Of a stretch of DNA of 64,000 bases, positions 54,687 through 63,998 are shown one piece after another. Within the stretch, counting starts at the first letter, position 1; every line of letters begins with the position of its first letter. The notes under the pieces were generated by a model. That model did no database searches. It was not told where the DNA came from and saw nothing but the letters and a program-made list of their open reading frames with translations. The DNA comes from a virus. A program made the translations under genes and the position numbers. The stretch lies in the IMG/VR virus record IMGVR_UViG_3300047476_000521, positions 72,103 to 136,102 of that record, one strand, 5' to 3'.

Positions 54687-54762
54687 TGGTGGGGATGGCA
54701 GGACTCGAACCTGCAACCAGGCCGTTATGAGCGGTCGGCTCTAACCATTGAGCTACATCCCC
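54687..54762 (-). tRNA. tRNA-Ile2(CAT, lysidine type)
   Basis: Reverse complement GGGGATG-TAGCTCAATGGTTAGAGCC-GACCG-CTCATAA-CGGCC...CCA; body resembles alphaproteobacterial Ile2. Confidence 0.85.
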
Positions 54763-54770
54763 GAGATAGA

Positions 54771-55229
54771 CTAAGCTAGTAGTCTATCGGCTGCAATAGA
54801 AGCAGCAAACGCACGAGGTTTAACAAAAGGAACAACATTACAGAACCCCTTGATATAACCTACTGCTTCAGAGATTACGCACGACGAACCATACTTCTCA
54901 TCTGGATTGATGTCAAGATGAATTTCTACAGTACGGTCGCCAATTGCTTCTTCGAGATCAAGAAACATTTGAGCAGTTCGCATTACTTCATTCATTAGAC
55001 GCATACGTGGCTTGTCTTTCTTTTGGTCATAATCTCTTTCAGTTTCTAGCTGACCAAAAATCTTACAACCATGCTTACCGTCATAATGAACAACAACTAC
55101 AGTACAGTATTCAGCGAACCATGTTTCGTGTTTACGATGGCGTGCTGAATCCGAACCGATATAAATCTTAGTTGCTTCTGAAGTATTACGAATAAAATCT
55201 TTGACTTCTTCTAGATTCAGCTTACGCAT
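54771..55229 (-). CDS. RNase H-like YkuK/DUF458 family protein
   Basis: IG.DS, R...E, EIHLDIN, KP.A.AAS.AAD. Confidence 0.8.
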   Translation of the reverse strand: MRKLNLEEVKDFIRNTSEATKIYIGSDSARHRKHETWFAEYCTVVVVHYDGKHGCKIFGQLETERDYDQKKDKPRMRLMNEVMRTAQMFLDLEEAIGDRTVEIHLDINPDEKYGSSCVISEAVGYIKGFCNVVPFVKPRAFAASIAADRLLA

Positions 55230-55243
55230 ATCGTTACCTCATT

Positions 55244-55516
55244 TTACTTCCAGATCTTCCAATTCCAAGGAAGAATCTTCTCGAACCCAGACTTGTTCTT
55301 ACCAGTCACAGTAATGTCTAGATCAGCACCATCAACATCAACCTGCATATCAGCACCTAGTGGTGCACGAACAACAACCTGACCGTTCTGAATAGCAGCA
55401 CCATAAGCTGGTGGCTGAACATTTAGATTAGCTGAACGCTTTGGCGGTAGCGGAACATCTGCAGCAAAAGCTGCGCCAGCAAACATCATAGCGACAAAAA
55501 ACACAACCTTATTCAT
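55244..55516 (-). CDS. Secreted hypothetical protein
   Basis: Signal peptide ...AGAAFA; VPLPPKR. Confidence 0.6.
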   Translation of the reverse strand: MNKVVFFVAMMFAGAAFAADVPLPPKRSANLNVQPPAYGAAIQNGQVVVRAPLGADMQVDVDGADLDITVTGKNKSGFEKILPWNWKIWK

Positions 55517-55608
55517 TATTTACCTTTCTTTATCAAACTGGGTCTCACGTATTGACCTGAATGTTGTCTAGCATTACGACATATATGTATCTAGATCAAA
55601 CCCCTGAA

Positions 55609-55707
55609 TTACTTACGCTTACGGCCCTTCAGACGACGAGCCTTGCGCTTCTGCGAACCAACCTTACGACGACCCTTACGAGGGCGATTCTTATTCGGCC
55701 ACGGCAT
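55609..55707 (-). CDS. Very basic 32-aa peptide
   Basis: MPWPNKNRPRKGRRKVGSQKRKARRLKGRKRK*; AAGGAG RBS; CGT/AAG codon bias. Confidence 0.6.
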   Translation of the reverse strand: MPWPNKNRPRKGRRKVGSQKRKARRLKGRKRK

Positions 55708-55810
55708 TAGCTAGCTCCTTCTTTTCTAGAAGCCAAAGAGTCTTACCTTCATTCTTACCAAGAAGGTTCTGTAACTTGATAAGCTTCTTACGCATCTTCT
55801 TTCTATTCAT
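55691..55810 (-). CDS. Small basic protein (39 aa)
   Basis: GGAGG RBS; MNRKKMRKKLIKLQNLLG...; TTGACT..TATAAT promoter upstream. Confidence 0.5.
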   Translation of the reverse strand: MNRKKMRKKLIKLQNLLGKNEGKTLWLLEKKELANAVAE

Positions 55811-55846
55811 ATTCACCTCCATCAATAATCACTATTATACCCGTTT

Positions 55847-56245
55847 TTAAAGATCAGTCAAGTGTTTTGTTTTGCGAACTTTTGCAGAGATCCAAGAATT
55901 GTAATATGATTCTGTTTCTAAGACTCGACGATCTATCTGTTCTCGTAATTCTAGATAAGACATCTGTGTTTTATTTTCACAGAGGTAAAGAACTTCTCTG
56001 CGAAACTGTTGTTCGCCGTTTAATGCTACTTGTTCTTGGAGTTCTTTATTAGAACCGTAGTATTTCTGCCAATCTGACTCTACTACAGTTTTCTTTCTTT
56101 TACCTTTTACAGTTTTTGTTCTACGAAAATGAAACTGTTTCTTACCAACATATTTCTTGTTATTAGTAAGATCAGTAATAAGATAAACCATCCCAACATA
56201 ACCGTCAGGAACTTCGCTTAGTTCTTCGCCTTTATAGTACCACAT
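55847..56245 (-). CDS. GIY-YIG nuclease, single domain (endonuclease II/Seg-like)
   Basis: GMVY.IT......YVGKK, YYGS, F.RE.L, YYN. Confidence 0.75.
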   Translation of the reverse strand: MWYYKGEELSEVPDGYVGMVYLITDLTNNKKYVGKKQFHFRRTKTVKGKRKKTVVESDWQKYYGSNKELQEQVALNGEQQFRREVLYLCENKTQMSYLELREQIDRRVLETESYYNSWISAKVRKTKHLTDL

Positions 56246-56271
56246 CCCAAAGTCTCCTTCGGGATATTTAG

Positions 56272-57054
56272 TTACGGTTTAAGTATACTGATTAAAAACC
56301 ATAAACCTCTTAAATCCAAATATAACTGAACATACCAAGGAACTTCGTTGAGATTATGTCCACCGTCATATGTAACAAGTTCATTACGAATAAAAAATTG
56401 ATCTAATTTAGTTTTTAAATTTTGGGATTGAGAATATGGAACAACTTCATCTCTAGTTCCGTGTAGAGTGCATACTGGAGAAGACATCGAATCAATGTAA
56501 TTTATTGGAGAAGCTTTTGAAAGATCTTCTGTTTCTGTCTTACCTCCAAATAAAGCGTTTGATTTTAAAAGATATTGCATATGAGGAGTTGTTAAGTCTG
56601 AAGGACCAAACATATTTACAACAGCTAAAACTTTTTTTGATGCGCCTAAAAACAAAGATAAATGAGCGCCAGCTGAATCACCGCATACTGCAATACGATT
56701 AGGATCAACATTAAACTTTACAGCGTTTTCTCGTAACCAATTAACAAAAGTTTCAACGTCTTGTAGTTGCGCATTCCATTGAGTTGTAGGATCTTCAAAC
56801 TTTGCTAATCTATAATTTATAGCAAAAGCATTAAAGCCAGCAAGAGCATACTTTTTAGCTCTGCTTTCGTAAACAGATTTATCTCCTACCATCCATCCAC
56901 CACCATGAATAAAAACTACAGTAGGTCTCACGCCATCTTTTAAAAGATATAAGTCTGCCTTTGTTTCTTCTGACGGGCCATATTTAACATCTTTGAAAAC
57001 GTTCCAATTAGGTTTTAATATATTATGAAAGATTGGTTTTATGTACGGTATCAT
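56272..57054 (-). CDS. Alpha/beta hydrolase (esterase/lipase)
   Basis: HGGGW, GDSAG, HG..D.VVP, GGH. Confidence 0.9.
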   Translation of the reverse strand: MIPYIKPIFHNILKPNWNVFKDVKYGPSEETKADLYLLKDGVRPTVVFIHGGGWMVGDKSVYESRAKKYALAGFNAFAINYRLAKFEDPTTQWNAQLQDVETFVNWLRENAVKFNVDPNRIAVCGDSAGAHLSLFLGASKKVLAVVNMFGPSDLTTPHMQYLLKSNALFGGKTETEDLSKASPINYIDSMSSPVCTLHGTRDEVVPYSQSQNLKTKLDQFFIRNELVTYDGGHNLNEVPWYVQLYLDLRGLWFLISILKP

Positions 57055-57244
57055 TTATTCTACCTGCTGTAATATTATTTTGTATTCTTATATCTTTATT
57101 ATTCCAAGTCCAACATTCGCTAGTGTCGTTTTGAAAACAAACCCAATGAAGATCGTGTTCGAACCCATAATCAATAAGGAAATGCGCCATTGCCTTTCCT
57201 TTTGGTGTAATTAAAGGCAATGGCGGATCAATTCTAATCACCAA
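57023..57244 (-). CDS. Hypothetical protein
   Basis: TPKG...A.FLIDYG.E..L.WV motif. Confidence 0.6.
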   Translation of the reverse strand: MVIRIDPPLPLITPKGKAMAHFLIDYGFEHDLHWVCFQNDTSECWTWNNKDIRIQNNITAGRINDTVHKTNLS

Positions 57245-57459
57245 CCATCACCATCGTCTTGTGGATACATTTCAGTCCAAACTTCATCAAAAGCTTCGTC
57301 AACAGATTCATAGATATCGTGAAGTTCTGCACCGTTATCTTCAAAGATTGGAATTATTTCTCTGTAAATATCGCATCTTGCTTCGTAGTCAGAAACGTTT
57401 GCTCTAATTACTACAGCAATTTCTTCAAATATTTGTGAACCTGTTGACCAACTTGCCAT
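57238..57459 (-). CDS. Hypothetical acidic protein
   Basis: AAGGA RBS. Confidence 0.55.
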   Translation of the reverse strand: MASWSTGSQIFEEIAVVIRANVSDYEARCDIYREIIPIFEDNGAELHDIYESVDEAFDEVWTEMYPQDDGDGW

Positions 57460-57485
57460 TTGTTTTTCCTTATGTTATTTTGACA

Positions 57486-59369
57486 TTAGATTTCACAATT
57501 TCCTGCGGTGCATGCCAATGTCTGAGCGCCTTCTACATTATCATCCATTTCAACAAGAGCATCCCAGTCGACCTTAGTTGGGATATTTATAATGGCGTTT
57601 TCATACTCTTCCTTAGTGATTGTCTCATAGGGAGCCTGACGATAAGAACCACCATCATGCGGTAGGAATGATACACCAGACATCTCATCAAAGTGACGAT
57701 ACACCCATGCACCAACATCCATCCATTCTTCTTCGCGAACGTTAATAGTGACAGAAGGCTTATGCTCGCACCAATGACGCTGATACTTCAACCAAAGTTC
57801 AAGATGATCGATTGCCGAAACATTTTCTCTTGTGATCGAAGACTCAGGAAGCTTCATGGGAAAAGTAAATACAACAGTGCTGTCAGGCTTAGTAACATCA
57901 GGCTCGTTAGGAACACCAGAGTCAATGAGGTGCTTCGTAAGTGGATCCTTGACATCAGAGCGGACACGTCTGAAGTAGTAACGGTCATGACCAGGATGAA
58001 TACCAGAAGGAGATAGAACCAACTGACTAACAGTCCCGGACGGCTTAACGCATGTGATAGCAACAGACTGATTGATTCCAAGTTTCTGACTCCATTCTTT
58101 ATTTGTGTCAACTGCGACCTGACGTAAACGCTCTAGGCGAGCAGGAAGTTCTGGATCATTATGATCGTTCATCAATGCATTATCATAAATTCCAGTAAAC
58201 GAAACACCTAGTAGTCTCTCTTCCTCTGTGTTCTTCTGCCATACCTTACGAAGATAAGGGAAGTGAGTTAGTGTGGATTGGATTGTTCCGAGGATTGTTG
58301 CAATACGTACCTTGCGAGCAATGTCCCCTTCGTTGTCGCCAGCACGGATAACGACTTCTGTGAGATTACAGAATTGATATGGTCGGAGGATAATCTCAGA
58401 GCAGGGGTTAGTTCCGAATTCATATGTATGATCTCTTCTTCCAGTTCTTTTCGCAACCTTTTGAGACGCATCTCGTGAGAAGATGCCACGTTCTCCGGAC
58501 TTTGACTCATAGAGCGCAAGCCATTCGGAAATGAACTGTCCGATTTCTGGCTTCTCCGTATATACTGCTGAATTGTTTGAAAGAGCTCTTTGAACATTTG
58601 CTTGCCACCATTCACCTGCCTTAGCATGACGCATACGATCATCAGACAAATTAGATAAACTAATCATTGCAGAACGACGTACACCACCAACAACTACTAC
58701 TTCACCAATCTTACACATAACGTCATGACATTCAAGCGATGTAAGCTTACGACCATGAGCGTTAGTAAAAATGCGAGTAACGAATTTAAAAAGATCATTA
58801 AGCGGTTCAGGACCAGATGCACGGCCACCAAAAGTCTTTAGTACTGCACCAGCTGGACGAAGATTGCTTAAATCCCACTTAGGAATTTCACCAGAATAAA
58901 GAAGAGCAATAAGCATACGAAGAGCCTTTGACCAACCCTCCTTGCTATCCTTAACATTAATTACTGTATCTGAAGGATAAAGCTTCTCTGGAATTTCTGG
59001 TAGCTTATTAATATACTGACGCTCTACTGAGAATCCAACGCCTGTGCCGCACATAAGAATGAACATGGCTTCATCAAATGCCTTGGGATCATCAATAGGT
59101 AGATACGAACAATTATAACCAGCAACGTTATCACGATCTAGAGCCTTACCTGCAGTCATGAGAGCACGCATGGAAGGCATAACTTCTAGATTTGAAATAG
59201 CATCAAAAATAGTTCTCTTAGTATCAGGATTAAGGTCTACCTTATCAGCCATATAATCTACATAACGAGCAACTGTTTCCTTCCAGTGTTCTCGACGGTT
59301 CTTTTCTGGTAGGTATCTAGCATAGCGACTTTTATGGATCCACTGCTGATAAACATTCATCTCAGTCAT
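57486..59369 (-). CDS. nrdJ: Class II (B12-dependent) ribonucleotide reductase
   Basis: NC, GG.RRSA, GTNPCSEI, FCNL, KPSGT, C-terminal AC..G.CE. Confidence 0.92.
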   Translation of the reverse strand: MTEMNVYQQWIHKSRYARYLPEKNRREHWKETVARYVDYMADKVDLNPDTKRTIFDAISNLEVMPSMRALMTAGKALDRDNVAGYNCSYLPIDDPKAFDEAMFILMCGTGVGFSVERQYINKLPEIPEKLYPSDTVINVKDSKEGWSKALRMLIALLYSGEIPKWDLSNLRPAGAVLKTFGGRASGPEPLNDLFKFVTRIFTNAHGRKLTSLECHDVMCKIGEVVVVGGVRRSAMISLSNLSDDRMRHAKAGEWWQANVQRALSNNSAVYTEKPEIGQFISEWLALYESKSGERGIFSRDASQKVAKRTGRRDHTYEFGTNPCSEIILRPYQFCNLTEVVIRAGDNEGDIARKVRIATILGTIQSTLTHFPYLRKVWQKNTEEERLLGVSFTGIYDNALMNDHNDPELPARLERLRQVAVDTNKEWSQKLGINQSVAITCVKPSGTVSQLVLSPSGIHPGHDRYYFRRVRSDVKDPLTKHLIDSGVPNEPDVTKPDSTVVFTFPMKLPESSITRENVSAIDHLELWLKYQRHWCEHKPSVTINVREEEWMDVGAWVYRHFDEMSGVSFLPHDGGSYRQAPYETITKEEYENAIINIPTKVDWDALVEMDDNVEGAQTLACTAGNCEI

Positions 59370-59892
59370 TTATTTTCTTTCCTTTATTCCACGGTGTAAA
59401 TAATCTTCCCTTAGTATAACCTTCGGGTATTTCTTCTATATTTTTTATACGTTTATTTTTTAAACCATTGTTTATCCAGATAGTATCTTTACATATATCT
59501 GCTGTTTCTGTTGTAAATGGTGTAATATATGAACTTACTTTTTTAGCTGTCTCTGGGTCTAATTTCCATGTTCTTCCAATAAGGCAAGAATCATCTCTAT
59601 TTTTTCTTGCCTTCATCATTTTATCTCTGTGGTTGTCCCACTGATATTTCATTTGATGACTGGAAATTTCAGATCTTTCTTCTTCAGTAAGGGTAATATG
59701 ACCTGTTCTTATCATAGCCCAACAGGCGCCATAATCTTTCTGATCGTAATGTATGCGGAAATGCTCCTGCGCAGTTACGCACATTAGATTCTCTGGTTCG
59801 TTATTTGAATGGTTTCCATCTTTATGATGGATATGATAACCTTTTGGAATAGGTCCAAAATGGTGTTCGTAAATACGACGATAAATAGTCAT
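59362..59892 (-). CDS. HNH homing endonuclease
   Basis: YRRIYE...GPIP....IHH.DGN..NN...NL......EH...H; WINNG C-terminal motif. Confidence 0.85.
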   Translation of the reverse strand: MTIYRRIYEHHFGPIPKGYHIHHKDGNHSNNEPENLMCVTAQEHFRIHYDQKDYGACWAMIRTGHITLTEEERSEISSHQMKYQWDNHRDKMMKARKNRDDSCLIGRTWKLDPETAKKVSSYITPFTTETADICKDTIWINNGLKNKRIKNIEEIPEGYTKGRLFTPWNKGKKIND

Positions 59893-59962
59893 AGGCTGGC
59901 GCTCCCAAATAGCGTTAGAGTCCGTAGATATTGGAGTATCGTGACGGACAACTCTATTTAGT
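59893..59962 (-). promoter_or_regulatory. Late promoter plus structured 5' leader (motif copy 2)
   Basis: CTAAATA-GAGTT-GTCCGT-CAC-GATA-ctccaa-TATC-T-ACGGAC-TCTA-acgctatttgggagcgc-CAGCCT-ATG. Confidence 0.65.
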
Positions 59963-60093
59963 GAACCAACATCTTCAAACATTAGGCACCATCCAATATG
60001 ATGTTACATCTTTCAACTCTCTTTGGCGCTTTACAAACTTTCGCATAAAGCATCCACGGCCATCACAGTCAATCATATACAAAATGTAGAACA

Positions 60094-60402
60094 TTACTCT
60101 TCCTCTTTGTTCGTTCTAAAATCCATTGTAAATCTTCCAAGTATCTCATCGTCATTCAATTGACTGAGATAATCGTTTTTCGCTCTAAAAATTTTTGGTA
60201 TCTGTTCATTGCTTGTTGGAATGCATTGTTCAAAAACTTCGCCAGCATCATACTGATATAGTTCTATAGGATATTCTGCGCCATGACCAGTCTCGGCAAT
60301 GATCTTGCCAGCAATTGTCTTTGGATCCATATCGTCATCCATAGTTACAGCATAACCGATGATGAATGTCTGTCGTGTTTCAATTAGATATGTTTTGCTC
60401 AT
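60094..60402 (-). CDS. Hypothetical protein
   Basis: ORF in the minus-strand operon. Confidence 0.55.
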   Translation of the reverse strand: MSKTYLIETRQTFIIGYAVTMDDDMDPKTIAGKIIAETGHGAEYPIELYQYDAGEVFEQCIPTSNEQIPKIFRAKNDYLSQLNDDEILGRFTMDFRTNKEEE

Positions 60403-60552
60403 AAGTTAAACAGCTTTCTTGTCCACGGTGCATTGTGATAGTATGTATATCATACATACCACATTCCATCAATCGACTTTATGATTGTGAAATTCTTTAG
60501 TTTGACGATTGTTCCGGCTTGTATTTTCGACCAGTTACTTGCATTCATTGTA

Positions 60553-61086
60553 TTACCCAAGACCTTTTAGATAATCTCTATCTGCATGTTCCTTCCTAGT
60601 TTTATAACCCTTGTAATACTTCTCGTAAAGATCATAAACTTCTCTAGGAACATATCCCTCATGTTCGCCATAGGATTCTATTATCTTACATAGTCCTTCG
60701 ATAACTTCATCTTTATTTTTTATAAAATTGGCGTTTTCTTCATAAACTACTTCATAATCATATATGTCAGGCTTGTCACCTATACGTTTATTTTCAATAC
60801 AGCGACGCATATGTTCTTCACGATTCTTCCTATCAAGTTCCTTGCATTCGTTGTATTGTCTCAGGCCTTCTTCCTTACCATGAATGGCTTGAATGTCTCT
60901 TAGAAGATCTGCATCAGTATAGTTACGCATACGTTCTTCCCAATAGTTACGTATTTGTTCTTCACGAATGAGTTTTTCGCAAAGTTTTCTCCAGTAATTG
61001 CGCTGCGACATTACCTTTTCATGTGAAAGTTCAAGGTAGTCGTTAGCGATGAAACGAACCAGTTCCTCGTATTTACTCATGACCAA
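60553..61086 (-). CDS. Hypothetical protein
   Basis: ORF in the minus-strand operon. Confidence 0.55.
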   Translation of the reverse strand: MVMSKYEELVRFIANDYLELSHEKVMSQRNYWRKLCEKLIREEQIRNYWEERMRNYTDADLLRDIQAIHGKEEGLRQYNECKELDRKNREEHMRRCIENKRIGDKPDIYDYEVVYEENANFIKNKDEVIEGLCKIIESYGEHEGYVPREVYDLYEKYYKGYKTRKEHADRDYLKGLG

Positions 61087-61312
61087 AACTTTCTCTTGAT
61101 TGACCTAGTCCTACAGACCCATCAACAATGATGAGCAACTTTCCTTCTGATTCTATATGTAACTGCTTATATGATTTATCTTTTATTCCAGTCAATGCTT
61201 CTACTTGTGATCGTAAAAATTTATTCTCTTTTCTAAGACGATTGACCTCATCTTCTACATCTTTAGCGTTTTCTTCCGACATGATATAGGTGTTAATCAT
61301 CATTCCTCTCAA
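61073..61312 (-). CDS. Hypothetical coiled-coil protein
   Basis: Coupled ORF. Confidence 0.45.
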   Translation of the reverse strand: MRGMMINTYIMSEENAKDVEDEVNRLRKENKFLRSQVEALTGIKDKSYKQLHIESEGKLLIIVDGSVGLGQSRESFGHE

Positions 61313-61484
61313 TCCACTTATTCAGTTTAGTTATCATATCATCTGGTTTCTTAAGGTCTTCTAACATAAGATTAACACATAGCGTCGCACATTCATTACA
61401 AATGAATGACTTTGGTCCTATGCCAGCGAATAGTTTATATACTTCATGTTGTGATTTACCACAGAAAGAGCAATATACAGTCAT
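61293..61484 (-). CDS. Stand-alone ClpX-type C4 zinc finger protein
   Basis: [14 protein letters not shown]....FICNEC. Confidence 0.85.
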   Translation of the reverse strand: MTVYCSFCGKSQHEVYKLFAGIGPKSFICNECATLCVNLMLEDLKKPDDMITKLNKWIERNDD

Positions 61485-61485
61485 A

Positions 61486-61755
61486 TTATTCCTCCAGTTT
61501 CCCTGTATATTGCCAACGACATATAGGATCGGGTTTCTTTACACCTGAACGATGGACCTTTCTTACTTCATACTTTTGGGTTTGACCTAGTAGACCGTGT
61601 TCTAAGAAATAATTAGCATCCTCTTCCAAACAAAACAGAGCAACGATACGTTCTAGACCATCAAGGTTAACACTAGTGGTCACAATCGCCCAATCTAGAC
61701 CATCAGCATCAGTTTCAACAATTAGTTCTGTTACAACTCTTTTTATTGTTTTCAT
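61486..61755 (-). CDS. Hypothetical protein
   Basis: Coupled ORF. Confidence 0.5.
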   Translation of the reverse strand: MKTIKRVVTELIVETDADGLDWAIVTTSVNLDGLERIVALFCLEEDANYFLEHGLLGQTQKYEVRKVHRSGVKKPDPICRWQYTGKLEE

Positions 61756-62546
61756 GCCCAGAACTTCCACCATGGTTTATCTTTGAACGGACGAAAACAA
61801 GTCTCACAACAGGTCTTATTCTTATCAGGATATTCACCTATACGAACATCCTCGACAGGAAACCAATACTCTTCCAATGACGGGAACTGTTTGATGATTT
61901 CATTACGGGCAGCAATAGCAACCTCACGATGTTCCTTCTGTGTGCCTTCTTCGGCTCTAACATCGACGTAATGAATCCAAGAACGAAGCGTCCCTGCCAT
62001 ATATAGACGAGTCTTTGTTAGACCTTCTGGAAGAACTGCTCTGGCTTGTTCCTTGGCAATACCATTACGAATAGCCCATTCATATGTTTCTTTTGCTGTC
62101 AATCGCAAATCGTTTTGCACATCTTCCCACTGAAAAGATAATGCTTCATCATCAGTCTCAATACTATTCTGACGGTTCTTGGCGTCTTGTAGTCTTGCCT
62201 CTCTTGTCACGAAACCCATGTCCTTAGTCGGATCAGCATAACGCTGGCTAAACTCTTGAAAAGAGAATGAGCGATGGCGCACGATCTGATGGGCAATGTC
62301 ACGGGTCGTATCAATAGACATTGTAATATGAACAAGTTCAAAAGGACTCCAGTGCTTGTGCTTGATTAGATATCTCAACAGTCGTGGAGCAGTTTCGGTA
62401 TTCATCTGATTTGATGGATTAGAAACTCTTGCTGTATAACAGATAAACTCTTCGGCAGTCATAGGGCGGATTTGTCCAAACGATTCATCGATTGGCGGAA
62501 GTGTTATCGTTGGTTGTGTAATAGCAATAATCTTAGCGTTGTTCAT
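61752..62546 (-). CDS. thyX: Flavin-dependent thymidylate synthase
   Basis: H.SPFE, Q..RHRS.S.QE.SQRY, AR.VLP, R.....Q.E. Confidence 0.95.
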   Translation of the reverse strand: MNNAKIIAITQPTITLPPIDESFGQIRPMTAEEFICYTARVSNPSNQMNTETAPRLLRYLIKHKHWSPFELVHITMSIDTTRDIAHQIVRHRSFSFQEFSQRYADPTKDMGFVTREARLQDAKNRQNSIETDDEALSFQWEDVQNDLRLTAKETYEWAIRNGIAKEQARAVLPEGLTKTRLYMAGTLRSWIHYVDVRAEEGTQKEHREVAIAARNEIIKQFPSLEEYWFPVEDVRIGEYPDKNKTCCETCFRPFKDKPWWKFWA

Positions 62547-62754
62547 TTTGTTCCTTTTCATATTCTATGTGATCGCCGTTATGAAACCTAATACCCTGAA
62601 GATGATCGTGCATAGCCATCATAGCATTAGCAAACCAAACAACCATAATTTCTTCATCAATTTTATATTCTGGATTGCTTTCTACAGTTTCAATGAAGAA
62701 CTTAGCCCAAGCTCTGGCATCAGGATTTCTATGTATACTAAAATCGTAGGTCAT
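62533..62754 (-). CDS. Hypothetical protein
   Basis: DA..WA..F, WFANAM motif. Confidence 0.55.
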   Translation of the reverse strand: MTYDFSIHRNPDARAWAKFFIETVESNPEYKIDEEIMVVWFANAMMAMHDHLQGIRFHNGDHIEYEKEQNEQR

Positions 62755-62762
62755 TAATTGTC

Positions 62763-62912
62763 TCACAATTTAACTTTTATTCCCAAAAGTTCTTCTGCAT
62801 GTTCAATTGCTTCTAGTAAGTATGCAAGCTTGCGTTCATCAGATTCTTTATTTTTAATAAGAGTTAAGGCAAAAAGAATCTTCTTTAGCTTATTTGTTTC
62901 TTCGTCAGTCAT
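62763..62912 (-). CDS. Small hypothetical protein (49 aa)
   Basis: GAGG RBS; MTDEETNKLKKILFAL... Confidence 0.45.
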   Translation of the reverse strand: MTDEETNKLKKILFALTLIKNKESDERKLAYLLEAIEHAEELLGIKVKL

Positions 62913-63088
62913 TTCATACCTCTTTCATATTCTTCCAAAGCTTTACCCAATTCTTCGTAAAACAACTCGTATTGATTTATTTCTAGATCACCCGCTTTAG
63001 CCAACTCCATGGGTATAGAGATAGTTAGTATCATTTCTGGAGCGAATGTCTCTTCGTTCGCTTTAATCTCACGGGATAGGATTTTCAT
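62909..63088 (-). CDS. Small hypothetical protein (59 aa)
   Basis: ATGA-coupled at both ends; MKILSREIKANEE... Confidence 0.45.
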   Translation of the reverse strand: MKILSREIKANEETFAPEMILTISIPMELAKAGDLEINQYELFYEELGKALEEYERGMK

Positions 63089-63339
63089 TCTTCAATTATC
63101 TCATAGGTCTTTTCAAAAATTGTAGGATGACATGGATAAAACTCGCCATGGACACCTTTAATTATATAATCTCTCAAACGGGCAGTCATGACTCCCTCTA
63201 ATGTCATGATCTGAATAGAAGGCTCGGCGTTATCGTCTCGCTTGAGAAGAAGACCACCACACCAATCGGCAACTAAAGTAGCATTACTATCTAGTAGCTG
63301 CATAACCTCAACCTCTACAGGTTTCTTACGTGCTCTCAC
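63085..63339 (-). CDS. Conserved phage protein (PGDYG-like)
   Basis: RKKPVEVE, TLEG.M.A...DYII.GV.GEFYPC.P.IF.KTY. Confidence 0.75.
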   Translation of the reverse strand: MRARKKPVEVEVMQLLDSNATLVADWCGGLLLKRDDNAEPSIQIMTLEGVMTARLRDYIIKGVHGEFYPCHPTIFEKTYEIIEE

Positions 63340-63998
63340 ACTTTACTCCATCTCTGTAATGCCAACTTAGCAGACAAATCACGATAGGTGTTTGTCTTGA
63401 TTATATGAGATATAAAATCGCTACTAAGACCACTAATAACCATATCATTGATATCTTTATGCTCCATGTTCTCGGGCCATATGCATACATTATAACCCAT
63501 CATGATTGATTTGTCAATCTTCTTTACAGTCTCTGCAGAGCGAGGTTCATTGTCATAAACAATAACTAACCTAGATTTGTCAAAGTCTCTAACTGCACTA
63601 ACCAGATCACCTCCAGCAGTAGCAATAGAGTTAGGCACGAACATACTATCAATCGGACCCTCGAGGACAGGTATAGTGTAGTTAGGATTAACAGTGTCCA
63701 ACCCATAAACTTTAGGTACTGAATCATTAAGAACGATTGTAATGTATTTAACGGAGCTGTTCCCTCTAACGATGCGACCCTGGAAGGCATGAACGGACTT
63801 ATTAGCATCCAGAAAAGGAATAAGCAACCTCGTCTCATCTCGAGCCAGAGACTCAGCTGAAAACTTGTCGGGAACCAGACTATTAGTAAAATGCTTAAAA
63901 TTAGGACATGCGAAAAGCTTGGCATGGTAAACATTAGGTATCTTTCTATCAACAACGAATTTCTTTATAGCGTTATCAGGATGAAGTTGACTAACCTT
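63336..63998 (-). CDS. gp61: DNA primase gp61, 3' part (5'-truncated by the window)
   Basis: LIPF, FQGR, EGPIDS.F, DNEPR, WP....KDINDM TOPRIM motifs; frame open to the window edge. Confidence 0.93.
   Translation of the reverse strand, partial: KVSQLHPDNAIKKFVVDRKIPNVYHAKLFACPNFKHFTNSLVPDKFSAESLARDETRLLIPFLDANKSVHAFQGRIVRGNSSVKYITIVLNDSVPKVYGLDTVNPNYTIPVLEGPIDSMFVPNSIATAGGDLVSAVRDFDKSRLVIVYDNEPRSAETVKKIDKSIMMGYNVCIWPENMEHKDINDMVISGLSSDFISHIIKTNTYRDLSAKLALQRWSKV

Noticed and set aside
57486-59982. Group I intron or intein in nrdJ associated with the HNH gene
   Set aside because: nrdJ is uninterrupted and the HNH gene is free-standing upstream. The ORF-track extension 59893-59982 overlaps the promoter and leader and is probably not translated.
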